A DNA stretch of 24,351 nt from a virus, in the UHGV virus genome UHGV-0125333, one strand, 5' to 3'. The first letter of the stretch is position 1, and the number at the start of each line of letters is the position of its first letter. The position numbers and the translations under genes are program-made. The notes beneath the pieces are model-generated. The model was not told where the DNA came from, ran no database searches, and was given only the letters and a program-made list of their open reading frames with translations. Shown piece after piece: positions 24,302 to 24,351 of the stretch.

Positions 24302-24351
24302 TCCTACCCACGTAATATGGACACAGGCCTAAGCGAGGTTCTTGTTTTCAA

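Larger units (their letters stand above)
1..24351. mobile_element. Lambdoid prophage (mosaic); window starts about 30 bp inside the int-proximal end and runs into the packaging module
   Basis: Contiguous lambda-like gene order int-xis ... exo-bet-gam-kil-cIII-ea10-ral-sieB-N, an immunity region, O-P-ren-ninB-ninE-rusA-Q, a holin-endolysin-Rz cassette and a terminase small subunit. Confidence 0.95.

Noticed and set aside
24290-24351. Possible start of the terminase large subunit at the window edge
   Set aside because: Only a few codons are available (MDTGLSEVLVF... from 24317), too little to support a call.
1-24351. Insertion sequences or transposase genes
   Set aside because: No transposase-like ORF or terminal inverted repeats were recognised; the mosaicism looks like phage module exchange.

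Overview
This window is a mosaic lambdoid prophage of an enterobacterial (E. coli-like) host, in the same orientation as the phage lambda map. It covers almost the whole early region, the lysis cassette and the start of the packaging module. It begins inside the attP P' arm just 3' of int, so the att core and host junction lie just outside position 1. Gene order: int, xis, Ea8.5-like, a DUF550/DUF551 fusion, an unassigned 251-aa protein, Ea22-like, TraR/DksA zinc finger, three small orfs, exo (interrupted by one in-frame TGA), bet, gam, kil, cIII, ea10, ral, orf28, sieB, N, nutL and oL/pL. Then comes a non-lambda immunity module: a CI-like S24 repressor translationally coupled to a small membrane protein, with 12-bp TACCTnCAGGTA-type operators and a Cro-like gene. 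After that: nutR, cII, O (with ori iterons), P, ren, tR2-like terminator, ninB, a Dam-family adenine methyltransferase, ninE, a DUF2591-like protein, a disrupted small ORF, rusA, ylcG and a phage-82/QuuD-type Q. Between Q and the holin sits an AT-rich cargo island (Blc-like lipocalin lipoprotein, a DUF523-DUF1722 protein, an AraC-family regulator). The lysis cassette is phage-21 type (S21 pinholin, SAR endolysin, Rz/Rz1), followed by trkG, a ParB-like protein overlapping a GT-A-like glycosyltransferase-like protein, a small ORF and a terminase small subunit; the trkG-to-terminase order matches the Rac prophage late region. No rRNA, tRNA, CRISPR array or IS element was recognised. All identifications rest on recalled protein sequences, motifs and gene order; no database search or computation was run, and start codons are best guesses. 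The most likely candidates for an undescribed system are the ParB-like/glycosyltransferase-like pair, the repressor-coupled membrane protein and the DUF550/DUF551 plus 251-aa pair.
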